Assembly (NCBI GenBank): GCA_036278915.1
Contig: DASUKB010000002.1
Coordinates: forward strand, 95,162 to 159,161
DNA from: Patescibacteria group bacterium
GTDB lineage: Bacteria > Patescibacteriota > Doudnabacteria > UBA920 > O2-02-FULL-48-8
Reading direction: 5' to 3'
DNA length: 64,000 bases
Below the pieces are notes generated by a model. That model ran no database searches. It was not told where the DNA came from and was given only the letters and a program-made list of their open reading frames with translations. Position numbers and translations under genes: made by a program. Shown here in pieces: positions 27,800-36,576 of the stretch (position 1 is its first letter; every line of letters begins with the position of its first letter).

Positions 27800-28732
27800 A
27801 TGAAAAAAGCCCTGCGGCTTATAAATTCGTCGCAGCGGATTTTTTTGACCACGCACGAAGGCACGGACGGCGATGATTTGGGAAGCCTCTTGGCCATGCG
27901 CCAGGTTTTAATTAAGCTTGGGAAAAAAGTTTCCGCTGCCGTGCACAAAGGCGTACCGCAATATTTGGAATTTTTGTCAGGTTCAAACCAGGTTGGCGAC
28001 AAACTTTCCAATATTGAATTTGATTTGCTTATCACTTTTGGGTGCAATCAAATTGAGCGCACCGGACTATTCGCGCTCAAAAATTATAAAGGACCAGTGA
28101 TAAACTTTGACCATCATCCCGACAACAAGCTGTTCGGTACAATTAACATCGTCGAACCCTCCACTTCGTCAGTTGCGGAGCTGATGTATTATTTTTTTCA
28201 AGTTTGTGATCTGCCCGTGGACCAAAACACTGCCACCTGCCTGCTGACTGGAATTTTTACGGATACGGGCGGGTTCCGGCACGCCAACACCACGGCCGAA
28301 GCTTTGGCTGTGGTCTCGGAGCTTATGTCGCGAGGTGCCCGCGTGGAAAAAATTTCGCGCATTATCCAGGGCCGCAAAAACCCGGCCGGTATCCGCATTT
28401 GGACCCGCGCTTTGGAAAACACGCGCTTTGACTCGCGACGCCAGATGATTTACAGCGTGCTCACCGCCGAAGACTTTGCCGCGGCCCGCGCCACGGATGA
28501 CGATCTCGGATCATTTGTAAATTTTTTGATTTCTATTCCGCAAGCTAAATTCGCCATGCTTCTGCGCCAGGACGGGGACGTTGTGCGGGGGAGTTTGCGT
28601 TCCGAGCTGGATCGTGGCACGGACGTCAACAAAATCGCGCGAATTTTCGGCGGCGGCGGACACGAACTGGCTTCCGGATTCAAAGTCCGCGGGCATTTGG
28701 TCAAAAAGGGGAATGGTTGGAGAATAGTTTGA
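27800..28732 (+). CDS. nrnA: DHH-family phosphoesterase (NrnA-like oligoribonuclease/pAp phosphatase)
   Basis: DHH (FDHH) and DHHA1 (GGGH) motifs; infB-rbfA-nrnA synteny; start taken at MKKALRL. Confidence 0.8.
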   Translation: MKKALRLINSSQRIFLTTHEGTDGDDLGSLLAMRQVLIKLGKKVSAAVHKGVPQYLEFLSGSNQVGDKLSNIEFDLLITFGCNQIERTGLFALKNYKGPVINFDHHPDNKLFGTINIVEPSTSSVAELMYYFFQVCDLPVDQNTATCLLTGIFTDTGGFRHANTTAEALAVVSELMSRGARVEKISRIIQGRKNPAGIRIWTRALENTRFDSRRQMIYSVLTAEDFAAARATDDDLGSFVNFLISIPQAKFAMLLRQDGDVVRGSLRSELDRGTDVNKIARIFGGGGHELASGFKVRGHLVKKGNGWRIV

Positions 28733-28763
28733 TTTTGTGCTAAAATAAATAAGAAATTTATTT

Positions 28764-28809
28764 CCACCTCTCCCCCGACCCCTCTCCTGGAAGGAGAGGG
28801 GAGTTCTAA
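28764..28809. repeat. Repeated palindromic element, copy 2 (CCCCGACCCCTCTCC-TGGAA-GGAGAGGGGAGTTCTAA), 14 nt upstream of the ftsK ATG
   Basis: 9-bp hairpin; flanks shared with copy 1. Confidence 0.8.
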
Positions 28810-28823
28810 TCTGAAGTAAACAA

Positions 28824-30986
28824 ATGGCTCGCAGACGAAACCAAACTCAAACCAGCCAGGTTGCTTTTAAACGGCCGCAGCTCAATCTCAAAAAAGAAAC
28901 GCGAATCGGCGTGGCTGTGGTCTTTTTCATTGTGCTGGCGATTTTGTTTACGCTTAGCTTATTTGGTGCGGCGGGTAAATTCGGCGAAGTAGCCAACGAT
29001 GTGCTCAAACTGGCTTTCGGCTGGGTGGCCTATGTCGTGCCAGTTATATTTTTGATGGTCGCGGTGGCTCTGATGCGCCGCAACGACGAACAGGAAGCCA
29101 ACACGGTTTCGACTCACGCCTATGTCGGCGCCGTACTTTTGACTTTGACTCTGACTGGTTTTTTGCACCTGTTGGTGATCCGGACCAATGTCGACGCGGC
29201 TTTTGATTTGGTGCGTGCCGGCCGCGGCGGCGGTTACCTGGGGGTTCTGACTTCCTACCCGCTTATGCGCGTGGCTGGATTTGTTGCCACACTTGTGATT
29301 TTGGTGGCGGGCATCATTATTAGTTTATTTGTGACATTTAATATTTCTTTCATGTCGCTCTTCCGTAAAAAACCAGCGGGCGAGCAGGCTGGAAAAATTG
29401 CTCCTAAGCCTTTGAAAATCAACAATGCCGCAGTGGCCGGATTTACCAAAGAGCCCGTGGACAGCCGGGCGAACAAACCTTCCGAAGTCGTGGTCAACAC
29501 GCCTTCCGATGACAAGCCTTTGATGAAACTCAACACAAGACCGCCGGCCGCGGACAAGAATTGGAAATTTCCGCCTATAGATTTGTTGGACGATGCCAAA
29601 ACGCGCGTGGATTCCGGCAATATCGAAGCTAATGTTTCGATCATCCAAAAAACTTTGTCGGATTTTGGTATTGAAGTAGAGATGGGCGAGGTCAATGTCG
29701 GCCCGACCGTGACCCAGTACACGCTGCGGCCGGCCACGGGCGTGAAGCTGTCGCAAATCGGCGCGCTCCAAAACGATTTGGCGCTGGCTCTGGCCGCTTC
29801 AAGCATCCGCATGGAGTTGCCAATTCCCGGCAAGGGATTAGTCGGCCTTGAGGTTCCAAACAAGTCCAATGCCACTGTCCGCATCCGCGAGATTATTTCC
29901 TCCTCTGTATTTGCAGAAAGCTCATCGAAACTGGCATATTCGCTTGGCCGCGACGTAGCCGGACATCCCATAATTGCTGATTTGTCCAAAATGCCTCATT
30001 TGCTGATTGCCGGCGCCACGGGCTCGGGCAAATCCGTGGGCGTCAATTCCATGCTTATAAGTTTCCTGTACCGGGCCACGCCCTCGGAAGTGAAAATGAT
30101 TTTGGTGGACCCCAAGCGCGTGGAACTATCCATGTACAACGGTCTGCCGCATTTGCTGACGCCGGTAATCACCGACCATCAGCAAGCCGTAAATGCTTTG
30201 CGCTGGACAGTGCTTGAGATGGATCGCCGCTACAAAATGCTCCAGGAAGTCCATAAGCGCAACATTGGCGAATTCAACCAATCGAGTCTTATAAAGATGC
30301 CGTACTTGGTAGTGGTTGTTGATGAATTGGCGGACCTTATGAGCGTGGCGCAAAACGAAGTTGAGGCAGCCATTGTCCGTCTGGCGCAAATGGCCCGCGC
30401 CGTAGGCATTCATTTGGTGCTGGCCACACAGCGGCCGAGCGTGGACGTCATCACGGGTTTGATTAAAGCCAACATCACCGCGCGCATGGCGTTTGCCGTG
30501 GCATCGCAAGTGGATTCGCGCACTATCTTGGATATGTCGGGCGCGGAAAAATTGCTCGGCCAAGGCGATATGCTCTATATAACTTCCGATCTGCCCAAAC
30601 CCAAGCGCGTGCAGGGTACGTATGTCGGCGAAAAGGAAATCCAAAAAGTTACGGAGTTTATCAAAGAACAAGCCGGGGACGTAATCTACGACGAACAGAT
30701 TTTGGAAAAACCGGCACGTGCAAGCGGCGCACCGGGTTATGATTCGGACGGCGACGAAGATGAATTGATGCAAGAAGCAACACAGATTGTGCAACAAGCC
30801 GGCAAGGCATCGGCATCACTGCTGCAGCGAAGGTTGCGCGTGGGATATGCGCGCGCCGCAAGACTTCTGGATATAATGGAAGAAAAAGGAATTGTCGGTC
30901 CGGCCGACGGCGCCAAACCGCGTGAAGTTTATGGTACTCAAGGTTCCGGCGAGAACGGCGAATCAACTATTGATGATTTCCAGTAA
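28824..30986 (+). CDS. ftsK: DNA translocase FtsK/SpoIIIE
   Basis: N-terminal TM domain, GATGSGKS Walker A, C-terminal gamma (winged-helix) domain. Confidence 0.95.
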   Translation: MARRRNQTQTSQVAFKRPQLNLKKETRIGVAVVFFIVLAILFTLSLFGAAGKFGEVANDVLKLAFGWVAYVVPVIFLMVAVALMRRNDEQEANTVSTHAYVGAVLLTLTLTGFLHLLVIRTNVDAAFDLVRAGRGGGYLGVLTSYPLMRVAGFVATLVILVAGIIISLFVTFNISFMSLFRKKPAGEQAGKIAPKPLKINNAAVAGFTKEPVDSRANKPSEVVVNTPSDDKPLMKLNTRPPAADKNWKFPPIDLLDDAKTRVDSGNIEANVSIIQKTLSDFGIEVEMGEVNVGPTVTQYTLRPATGVKLSQIGALQNDLALALAASSIRMELPIPGKGLVGLEVPNKSNATVRIREIISSSVFAESSSKLAYSLGRDVAGHPIIADLSKMPHLLIAGATGSGKSVGVNSMLISFLYRATPSEVKMILVDPKRVELSMYNGLPHLLTPVITDHQQAVNALRWTVLEMDRRYKMLQEVHKRNIGEFNQSSLIKMPYLVVVVDELADLMSVAQNEVEAAIVRLAQMARAVGIHLVLATQRPSVDVITGLIKANITARMAFAVASQVDSRTILDMSGAEKLLGQGDMLYITSDLPKPKRVQGTYVGEKEIQKVTEFIKEQAGDVIYDEQILEKPARASGAPGYDSDGDEDELMQEATQIVQQAGKASASLLQRRLRVGYARAARLLDIMEEKGIVGPADGAKPREVYGTQGSGENGESTIDDFQ

Positions 30987-31210
30987 GTTGACAACTTGAT
31001 TGCTTGGGTCTAGGATTAATTCACAAGTGAATATCTCAAAGCGGCTCATCCACCTACGCACCACGTGCTTCGGCGGACAAGAAGGCCGCTTTTGTTTATC
31101 CCCACACCTTTCGTCAAGTGGAGGAGTAAGCGCAAAAAAGGTGGGGATTTATGGTATTATGTGAGTATTGAAATTGGACTACCGCAAAAAATGCGGTAGT
31201 CCAAAAAGCA

Positions 31211-32242
31211 ATGTGCAAAAAGTGCAACAATTCAAAATATATGGAAAAACAAGAAAATAAGGGTGAAATCATCATATACAAGTCAGATTCTGGTCCAGAG
31301 CTTCAAATAAAACTGGAGAACGATTCGGTTTGGCTGACACAGGCTCAAATGGCTGAGCTGTTTGATAGGGACAGGGATACTATTTCGGAGCATATTCAGC
31401 ATGTCTATAAAACCGCAGAACTAAGCCCAAATTCAGTTACCCGGAAATTCCGGGTAACTGCCCGTGATGGTAAAAGCTATAATGTTGAGCACTATAATCT
31501 CGATATGATTATCTCGGTGGGTTATCGGGTGAATTCCAAACGTGGCACACAGTTTCGTATCTGGGCAACTAAACACCTTCGTGGTTATTTGCTTAAAGGT
31601 TATTTGATAAACGAGAGAAGGTTGCGGGAAAATCAGGATGCCAAATTAAAAGAATTACAACAAGCACATCTTTTGATTCAACAAGCGCTTGAAAGCAGAC
31701 GGTTGGATGGATTTGAAAAGGAATTGGTTAACATCATCACTGATTATACAAATACCTGGATTGTGCTCAACGAGTACGACAGTGGAAAGCTGAAAATTTC
31801 TGATGTCAGTAAAAACAAGACGAGCTATTTGGATTTTGGAAAGGTCACGGATTCCGTAAGTCGTTTTAAAAACAGACTGCAGGCAAACAAACTGGCAACA
31901 GCTGATTTTGGGAAACCAAATGGAAACAAACTGCAAAAGATCCTGACCCGCGTCAAACAAAATTTGGATGGGGTTGATGTTTATCCTTCAGCCGAAGAAA
32001 AAGGCGCGCACTTATTTTATTTTCTCATTTCAGAAAAACCGTTTGCCGACGGCAATAAACGTATCGCATCTCTAATTTTTATTTTATTCCTCATTGAAAA
32101 TCATTTGTTGTACAACCGCAAAGGCGAGCGCCGCATTAACGATTCAGCATTGGCCGCGCTGGCGTTGCTTGTGGCTGAATCCAAACCGTCGCAGAAGGAT
32201 GTCATGGTAAAATTAATTGTGAATTTGATAAATAAAAAGTAA
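31211..32242 (+). CDS. RhuM-family virulence-like protein fused to a Fic/Doc (death-on-curing) domain with an atypical motif
   Basis: N-terminal WLTQAQMAELF...YNLDMIISVGYRVNSKRGTQFRIWAT (RhuM family); C-terminal KPFADGNKRIA aligns to the Doc HxFx(D/N)GNKR motif but with Lys in place of the catalytic His; low GC (~40%). Confidence 0.7.
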   Translation: MCKKCNNSKYMEKQENKGEIIIYKSDSGPELQIKLENDSVWLTQAQMAELFDRDRDTISEHIQHVYKTAELSPNSVTRKFRVTARDGKSYNVEHYNLDMIISVGYRVNSKRGTQFRIWATKHLRGYLLKGYLINERRLRENQDAKLKELQQAHLLIQQALESRRLDGFEKELVNIITDYTNTWIVLNEYDSGKLKISDVSKNKTSYLDFGKVTDSVSRFKNRLQANKLATADFGKPNGNKLQKILTRVKQNLDGVDVYPSAEEKGAHLFYFLISEKPFADGNKRIASLIFILFLIENHLLYNRKGERRINDSALAALALLVAESKPSQKDVMVKLIVNLINKK

Positions 32243-32260
32243 ACAGTAAGTAGTAAACAG

Positions 32261-33202
32261 ATGTCGGAACCCTTGTTCAAATCAAAACCAATTAAGATTG
32301 ATACTCTCGGGGCTTATTTAAAACAGCTGCGAGAGAAATTAAATTTGGACATTAAGACTGTCAGTCTTTTGACGCAGATCAAACCCGCGTATTTGGAAAA
32401 TCTTGAATCCGGGAATTATGAAAAATTGCCGGCTGATGTGTATATCCGCGGGTTTATCAAAAATTTATCGCAGCTTTACCGCGTGGAGGAGGAGCCGCTC
32501 GTGGAGCAATTCGAAAAAGAGCACGGCTTTGCCAAAGCTCACAGCGTACGGGCCGCCCTCCACCCGAAACGCGCTTGGTTTACGCCAAGAATGATCATCA
32601 TTTTGAGTTCTGTGGCATTGTTTCTGGCCGGGTTTATATATGTAGCCACGCAGGTGAGCTCGGTTCTGACGCCGCCGAAACTGACCATAGATGAGCCTGC
32701 GGGCGATGAAACTATTACCGGCAACAGCGTGGTTATCTCCGGCAATGCGGAAATCGGATCGGATGTGGCCATAAATGACCAGGCCGTGTTTTTGGATCCC
32801 AATGGCCAGTTCAATGAAAATGTCATTTTAAGCGACGGCATTAACATCATCCAAATCACGGCCAAAAACAGATTCAATAAAGCTACCACAGTCACACGAC
32901 AGATCAATGCTCAAATTCCAACCACGGCGCCGCAGACTCCGGCCAGCCCCGTGAACTTAACTATCGTCATTGGTCCGAATCCGGCCTGGCTTTCTATTGA
33001 GGCCGACGGCGTCACGCTCCAACGCGGGACGATGCTGGCCGGTTCCACAAAAACTATTTCGGCCAATGACGAAATTGTTTTGACTTCTGCCAATGCCGGT
33101 TCAACGCAGGTTCTCTACAACGGCAAAGATTTGGGCAAGCTTGGACGCGAGGGCGAAGTCATCCGCAATGTGGAATTTAATTCTCAGACTGCAAGTCCAT
33201 AA
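32261..33202 (+). CDS. rodZ: RodZ-like cytoskeleton protein (XRE-type HTH, TM, DUF4115)
   Basis: N-terminal HTH (LGAYLKQLREKLNLDIKTVS...), single TM, C-terminal DUF4115-like beta-rich domain. Confidence 0.65.
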   Translation: MSEPLFKSKPIKIDTLGAYLKQLREKLNLDIKTVSLLTQIKPAYLENLESGNYEKLPADVYIRGFIKNLSQLYRVEEEPLVEQFEKEHGFAKAHSVRAALHPKRAWFTPRMIIILSSVALFLAGFIYVATQVSSVLTPPKLTIDEPAGDETITGNSVVISGNAEIGSDVAINDQAVFLDPNGQFNENVILSDGINIIQITAKNRFNKATTVTRQINAQIPTTAPQTPASPVNLTIVIGPNPAWLSIEADGVTLQRGTMLAGSTKTISANDEIVLTSANAGSTQVLYNGKDLGKLGREGEVIRNVEFNSQTASP

Positions 33203-33296
33203 ATGGTTGCATAATTAACAGGCGGGCTTTATACTAAACCTACCAAAAAAATTCAGCGGCAGTTCCGATATAACCGGAACAGGAAAGAAAAAATTT

Positions 33297-34325
33297 ATGA
33301 CCAAGGGCAGCAACAAAATAGAAGCTTCGGGAAATTTGGAGGAGACGCTTGCGTCTATCCGTGACAAATTTGGCGAAGGCGCAATTATGACCTTATCGAA
33401 AGCGCGCTCTATGGATGTCGAGACGATTGCCACCGGATCGATCTCGCTCGACTTGGCTTTGGGAGGCGGCATCCCGCGCGGACGCATTATAGAAATTTTC
33501 GGACCAGAAGGGTCTGGCAAAACAACTTTGGCTATGCACGTTATCGCTGAAATTCAAAAGGACGGCGGCGTGGCCGCGTTCGTGGATGCCGAACACGCGC
33601 TCGATCCGGAACGGGCCAAAGCCGTGGGTGTGAAGATAGATAAACTTTTGATTTCGCAGCCCGACTCCGGCGAGCAAGCCTTGGATATTGTGGAAGCGTT
33701 GGTGCGGTCGAATTCCGTGGACATCATTGTCGTCGATTCGGTGGCCGCGCTCACGCCGCGCGCCGAACTTGAAGGCGAGATGGGCGACTCGCATATGGGG
33801 TTGCACGCGCGATTAATGTCGCAAGCGCTTCGAAAATTGACCAGCATAATTTCCAAATCAAAATCCACGGTAATCTTCATCAACCAGATCCGTATGAAGA
33901 TCGGCGTTATGTTCGGCAACCCCGAAACCACAACCGGCGGCAAGGCCTTGCCGTTCTACACTTCGGTGCGCATCGAAATCCGCCGCCTGGCACAGATTAA
34001 GCAGGGCGAACAGATCGTAGGCAACCGCGTGAAGGCCAAGGTTGTGAAAAATAAGGTGGCGCCGCCGTTCCGGTCCACGGAGTTTGATATTATGTTTTCG
34101 GAAGGCGGCATCTCGTACGCCGGAGACCTGCTCGATACAGCCGCCCGCTACAATATCGTGGCCAAATCGGGGAATACATTCAGTTTTGGTGAAACGAAAC
34201 TCGGAGTGGGCCGTGAAAACGCGAAAAAATACCTACTGGATAACCCAAAGCTAGCAAAAGAGCTAGACAAAGCGGTCCGGCTGAAGTCTAAGACCATAGA
34301 ATTTGGTGAAACTTCCGCGGTGTAA
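33297..34325 (+). CDS. recA: Recombinase RecA
   Basis: GPEGSGKTT Walker A, L1/L2 loop regions, 342 aa. Confidence 0.97.
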   Translation: MTKGSNKIEASGNLEETLASIRDKFGEGAIMTLSKARSMDVETIATGSISLDLALGGGIPRGRIIEIFGPEGSGKTTLAMHVIAEIQKDGGVAAFVDAEHALDPERAKAVGVKIDKLLISQPDSGEQALDIVEALVRSNSVDIIVVDSVAALTPRAELEGEMGDSHMGLHARLMSQALRKLTSIISKSKSTVIFINQIRMKIGVMFGNPETTTGGKALPFYTSVRIEIRRLAQIKQGEQIVGNRVKAKVVKNKVAPPFRSTEFDIMFSEGGISYAGDLLDTAARYNIVAKSGNTFSFGETKLGVGRENAKKYLLDNPKLAKELDKAVRLKSKTIEFGETSAV

Positions 34326-34361
34326 GCCTTAAATTCCGAATCAAAACTCCAACATTTATAA

Positions 34362-34397
34362 AATTGCTCCTGAAAATTGACAGGAGCAATTTTTTTT
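34362..34397 (+). terminator. Rho-independent terminator of recA (AATTGCTCCTG-loop-CAGGAGCAATT plus T7)
   Basis: 11-bp stem and T-run; the stem also contains the TTGACA of the next promoter. Confidence 0.85.
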
Positions 34398-34405
34398 GCT
34401 ATAAT
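34377..34405 (+). promoter_or_regulatory. Consensus sigma70 promoter TTGACA-17-TATAAT with extended -10 (TGCTATAAT), embedded in the recA terminator
   Basis: Perfect -35 and -10 hexamers, 17-nt spacer; no ORF of 60 aa or more downstream for ~600 nt. Confidence 0.75.
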
Positions 34406-34413
34406 GTCTTCAG

Positions 34414-34895
34414 AACATTAAAAACCGAATATAAATCACTGGCCGAATAAGGATAGGAGAGAATTTTCAGTTCTCAAGCGCACGTTTGTGGGCTGTAAGT
34501 TCTTTCACTATTCGTCATAGCTGTTCTAATCCAGCTGCTTGAAAAACAAAAATAAAAAATCAAAAAGTTTTATATAAACAAACAAAAATAAAACAAAAAG
34601 TTTGAGGTCTCACGACCATAAGAACAGTGATTGAACCAATGCTTATAAAGCGATTAGATATATGAGCAGCAAAAAGGTTTCTGATCTAACATGTTTACCT
34701 CTGTTCCAGGCTTTGGAGCTGAAAGCAACAAAATTTTGCTTTAAGCCCCGTAACCTGAGAACGGAGATAAGCTGAGAACAGAGATCTCCGCAGCGGTATC
34801 ACGCTACATAATTTATATATTGGGCGGTTCGATACCGCTGCTATCCAATTTTACTTAGCAGCCAAATTTACAGTCTTCAACGGAAGGCTTTTTTG
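34414..34895 (+). ncRNA. Candidate non-coding RNA (~480 nt) of unknown class between recA and the dksA-like gene
   Basis: ORF-free 680-bp gap in a compact genome; consensus promoter upstream; 11-bp inverted repeat GCAGCGGTATC...GATACCGCTGC enclosing a T-arm-like GGCGGTTCGATACCGC; weak terminator-like hairpin plus T-run near 34871-34895; class not assignable by eye. Confidence 0.35.
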
Positions 34896-34947
34896 TTTAC
34901 CCAATAAACTCCCTTCTCCTAAATTAGGAGAAGGGTCGGAGATGAGG

Positions 34948-34978
34948 TATTTGGTCTGATGCTGTAAATTTGCTATAA
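34948..34978 (+). promoter_or_regulatory. Sigma70-type promoter with extended -10 (TTGGTC-17-TGCTATAAT) for the dksA-like gene
   Basis: TATAAT at 34973-34978. Confidence 0.6.
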
Positions 34979-35002
34979 TATTTTTAAATTAACCAAGATG
35001 AT

Positions 35003-35362
35003 ATGATCTCCAAAGAACTAATTGAAGAAAATAAACAAAAATTGCTTGCCGAGCAAAAACAAATTCGCGCTGTGCTAAATCGCGAAGATATCAAAGACGG
35101 CAAGGGTGAGTTTCCCGGCGACTACAAACCAAAATATGATGAGCTTGGAAACGAGGAAGGGGATAACGCTTCCGAAGTTGAAAATTTTAGCAACCAGCTC
35201 GGCGTCACCGAAAGCTTGGAAAGCAAACTCAAGAAAGTCGAATGGGCTTTAGCGCGAATTGAAAATGGCACATACGGCGTATGCGCCGAAGGAGATGAGA
35301 TAGAAGAAGATCGTTTGCGTGCTCTGCCAACAGCCGAGACTTGCGTTAGACACGCGCAGTAA
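35003..35362 (+). CDS. DksA/TraR family C4-type zinc-finger-like protein (degenerate Cys pattern)
   Basis: Coiled-coil N-terminus and C-terminal YGVCAEGDEIEEDRLRALPTAETCVRH resembling the TraR/DksA finger with only two Cys. Confidence 0.6.
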   Translation: MISKELIEENKQKLLAEQKQIRAVLNREDIKDGKGEFPGDYKPKYDELGNEEGDNASEVENFSNQLGVTESLESKLKKVEWALARIENGTYGVCAEGDEIEEDRLRALPTAETCVRHAQ

Positions 35363-35389
35363 ACAGTAATCAGGACAGGAAGCAGAATT

Positions 35390-35863
35390 ATGAAAAACAA
35401 ACTCTTTGTTTACTGTTTACTGCTTGCTGTTCTCTTGTTTGTAGACCAAATCACGAAGGCGATTTTTGCCAATCGTGATTTTTATTTTCTGGGCATGCAT
35501 TTCCATCTCGTAAAAAATTATGGACTATCGTTTGGTTTGAATTTCGGCAACGCCTTGGATTTGGGAATCATCGTAGCGGCGCTTGTGGCGTTCCTGGTTT
35601 ATCTATTTGTCAATTCCAGTTCTGGAAAAATTAATTATGGCGTGCTCCTGGTGGTAGCCGGCGCTGCAGGAAATTTGATAGATCGGCTGCGATTGGGGTT
35701 TGTGCGGGATTTTTGGGATATCCGACTGGGATTTACATTTAATTTTGCCGATGCTTTGATTTTTATTGGGTTGCTTATGCTGTTGTTCGGCAAAGATTAC
35801 AGTAAAACATCGCCGAATGCGGATAGTAATACAGACGCCATGCGCCAAATGCCTCAAAATTGA
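35390..35863 (+). CDS. lspA: Lipoprotein signal peptidase (signal peptidase II)
   Basis: Four TM helices; GNLIDR and FNFADA conserved LspA motifs. Confidence 0.85.
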   Translation: MKNKLFVYCLLLAVLLFVDQITKAIFANRDFYFLGMHFHLVKNYGLSFGLNFGNALDLGIIVAALVAFLVYLFVNSSSGKINYGVLLVVAGAAGNLIDRLRLGFVRDFWDIRLGFTFNFADALIFIGLLMLLFGKDYSKTSPNADSNTDAMRQMPQN

Positions 35864-35964
35864 GTTATGCTGCGAAGGTTTTTTGGCAAATTTACTGATG
35901 ACTTAAAATTTCGGGCCGTGTAGGATGAAAAAGTCATTAGTATGGAAGGAGGTGTTTACAAAAT

Positions 35965-36084
35965 ATGGCAGAACGAAAGAGAAGCGGCCGGGGCTGGTTT
36001 GGGGATAGCGTAGGACACGCCAAAGCCGGACGTCTAGGTGGGCGCGCACGCGGCAGAAACAGGAATAATTCAAGTTCAAGTTAA
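35965..36084 (+). CDS. Small KGG-motif general stress protein (39 aa), absent from the ORF track
   Basis: GGAAGGAGGTG SD 6 nt before the ATG; MAERKRSGRGWFGDSVGHAKAGRLGG resembles the GWFGD.EGHSEAGRKGG KGG stress repeat. Confidence 0.5.
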   Translation: MAERKRSGRGWFGDSVGHAKAGRLGGRARGRNRNNSSSS

Positions 36085-36137
36085 AGCCCCAATTTATTTT
36101 ATGGAGAGACAAACAGACGGTTTTAAAAATCGCCTGT

Positions 36138-36166
36138 TTGTTATGTAAGAGGAAACAAGTTATAAT
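36138..36166 (+). promoter_or_regulatory. Sigma70-type promoter (TTGTTA-17-TATAAT) for the composite tRNA-Ile unit
   Basis: 17-nt spacer; followed by a small hairpin CAGAAAG-TTAAAT-CTTTCTG plus T4. Confidence 0.6.
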
Positions 36167-36200
36167 ATGGCAGAAAGTTAAATCTTTCTGTTTTAATTTA

Positions 36201-36367
36201 AGCGGTAGAACAAATGTCTTACCCGCCCGACCGAACGACTTTATGGGCATGTAGCTCAGCGGTAGAGCAAATGTCTTATACACATTGGGTCCCTGGTTCG
36301 AATCCAGGCATGCCCACCATAATTTCAATCAATCGTTCGGTCGTTCGGAATCCTTCCTGGCCCACCA
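36201..36367 (+). other. Composite tRNA-Ile locus: 21-nt 5' fragment homologous to D-loop-to-anticodon of tRNA-Ile (36201-36221), arm CCCGCCCGACCGAACGAC, intact tRNA-Ile(TAT), arm GTCGTTCGGTCG..., 3' fragment TTCGGAATCCTTCCTGGCCCACCA
   Basis: AGCGGTAGAACAAATGTCTTA matches AGCGGTAGAGCAAATGTCTTA within the intact tRNA; arms are mutually complementary; the 5' arm begins CCCGCCCGAC, as at the Arg locus. Confidence 0.6.
36245..36319 (+). tRNA. tRNA-Ile (anticodon TAT)
   Basis: Acceptor GGGCATG/CATGCCC, anticodon loop CTTATAC, T-arm CCTGGTTCGAATCCAGG, CCA encoded. Confidence 0.75.
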
Positions 36368-36407
36368 ATAAACAAGTGTCAGTTCTGCAAACAAAATGTA
36401 CTTTGTG

Positions 36408-36429
36408 GAAAACCCGGATAGGGTTTTTT
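36408..36429 (+). terminator. Rho-independent terminator after the tRNA-Ile unit
   Basis: AAAACCCGGATAGGGTTTTTT. Confidence 0.75.
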
Positions 36430-36487
36430 ATTTTGCCTTATTTTCTTAATATTTAGGAGCTCTTGACAGTAGGTGAACGATCGTATA

Positions 36488-36545
36488 CCATAAGGTCATG
36501 GAAAGTAAAACGAAGGAATCGGTGGCTTTGGGAGCCGCCCCAAAC
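36488..36545 (+). promoter_or_regulatory. Long imperfect palindrome in the lexA leader (CGAAGGAATCGGTGGCTTTGGG-AGCCGCC-CCAAACCAACTGATTCCTTCG)
   Basis: ~21-bp arms with a 7-nt loop, ~35 nt upstream of the lexA ATG; candidate operator or RNA structure. Confidence 0.4.
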
Positions 36546-36576
36546 CAACTGATTCCTTCGAACTTCCTACAAAATT

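Noticed and set aside
34452-34843. tmRNA (ssrA) interpretation of the recA-dksA intergenic RNA
   Set aside because: Length (~390 nt), a TTCGATA T-loop and a possible ...NPAA-stop tag frame fit. But the candidate acceptor GGATAGG/GCTATCC gives A3-U70 instead of the obligatory G3:U70 and mismatches at pair 7:66, and the post-tag region is an unstructured A-rich tract. It is kept only as an unclassified ncRNA candidate.
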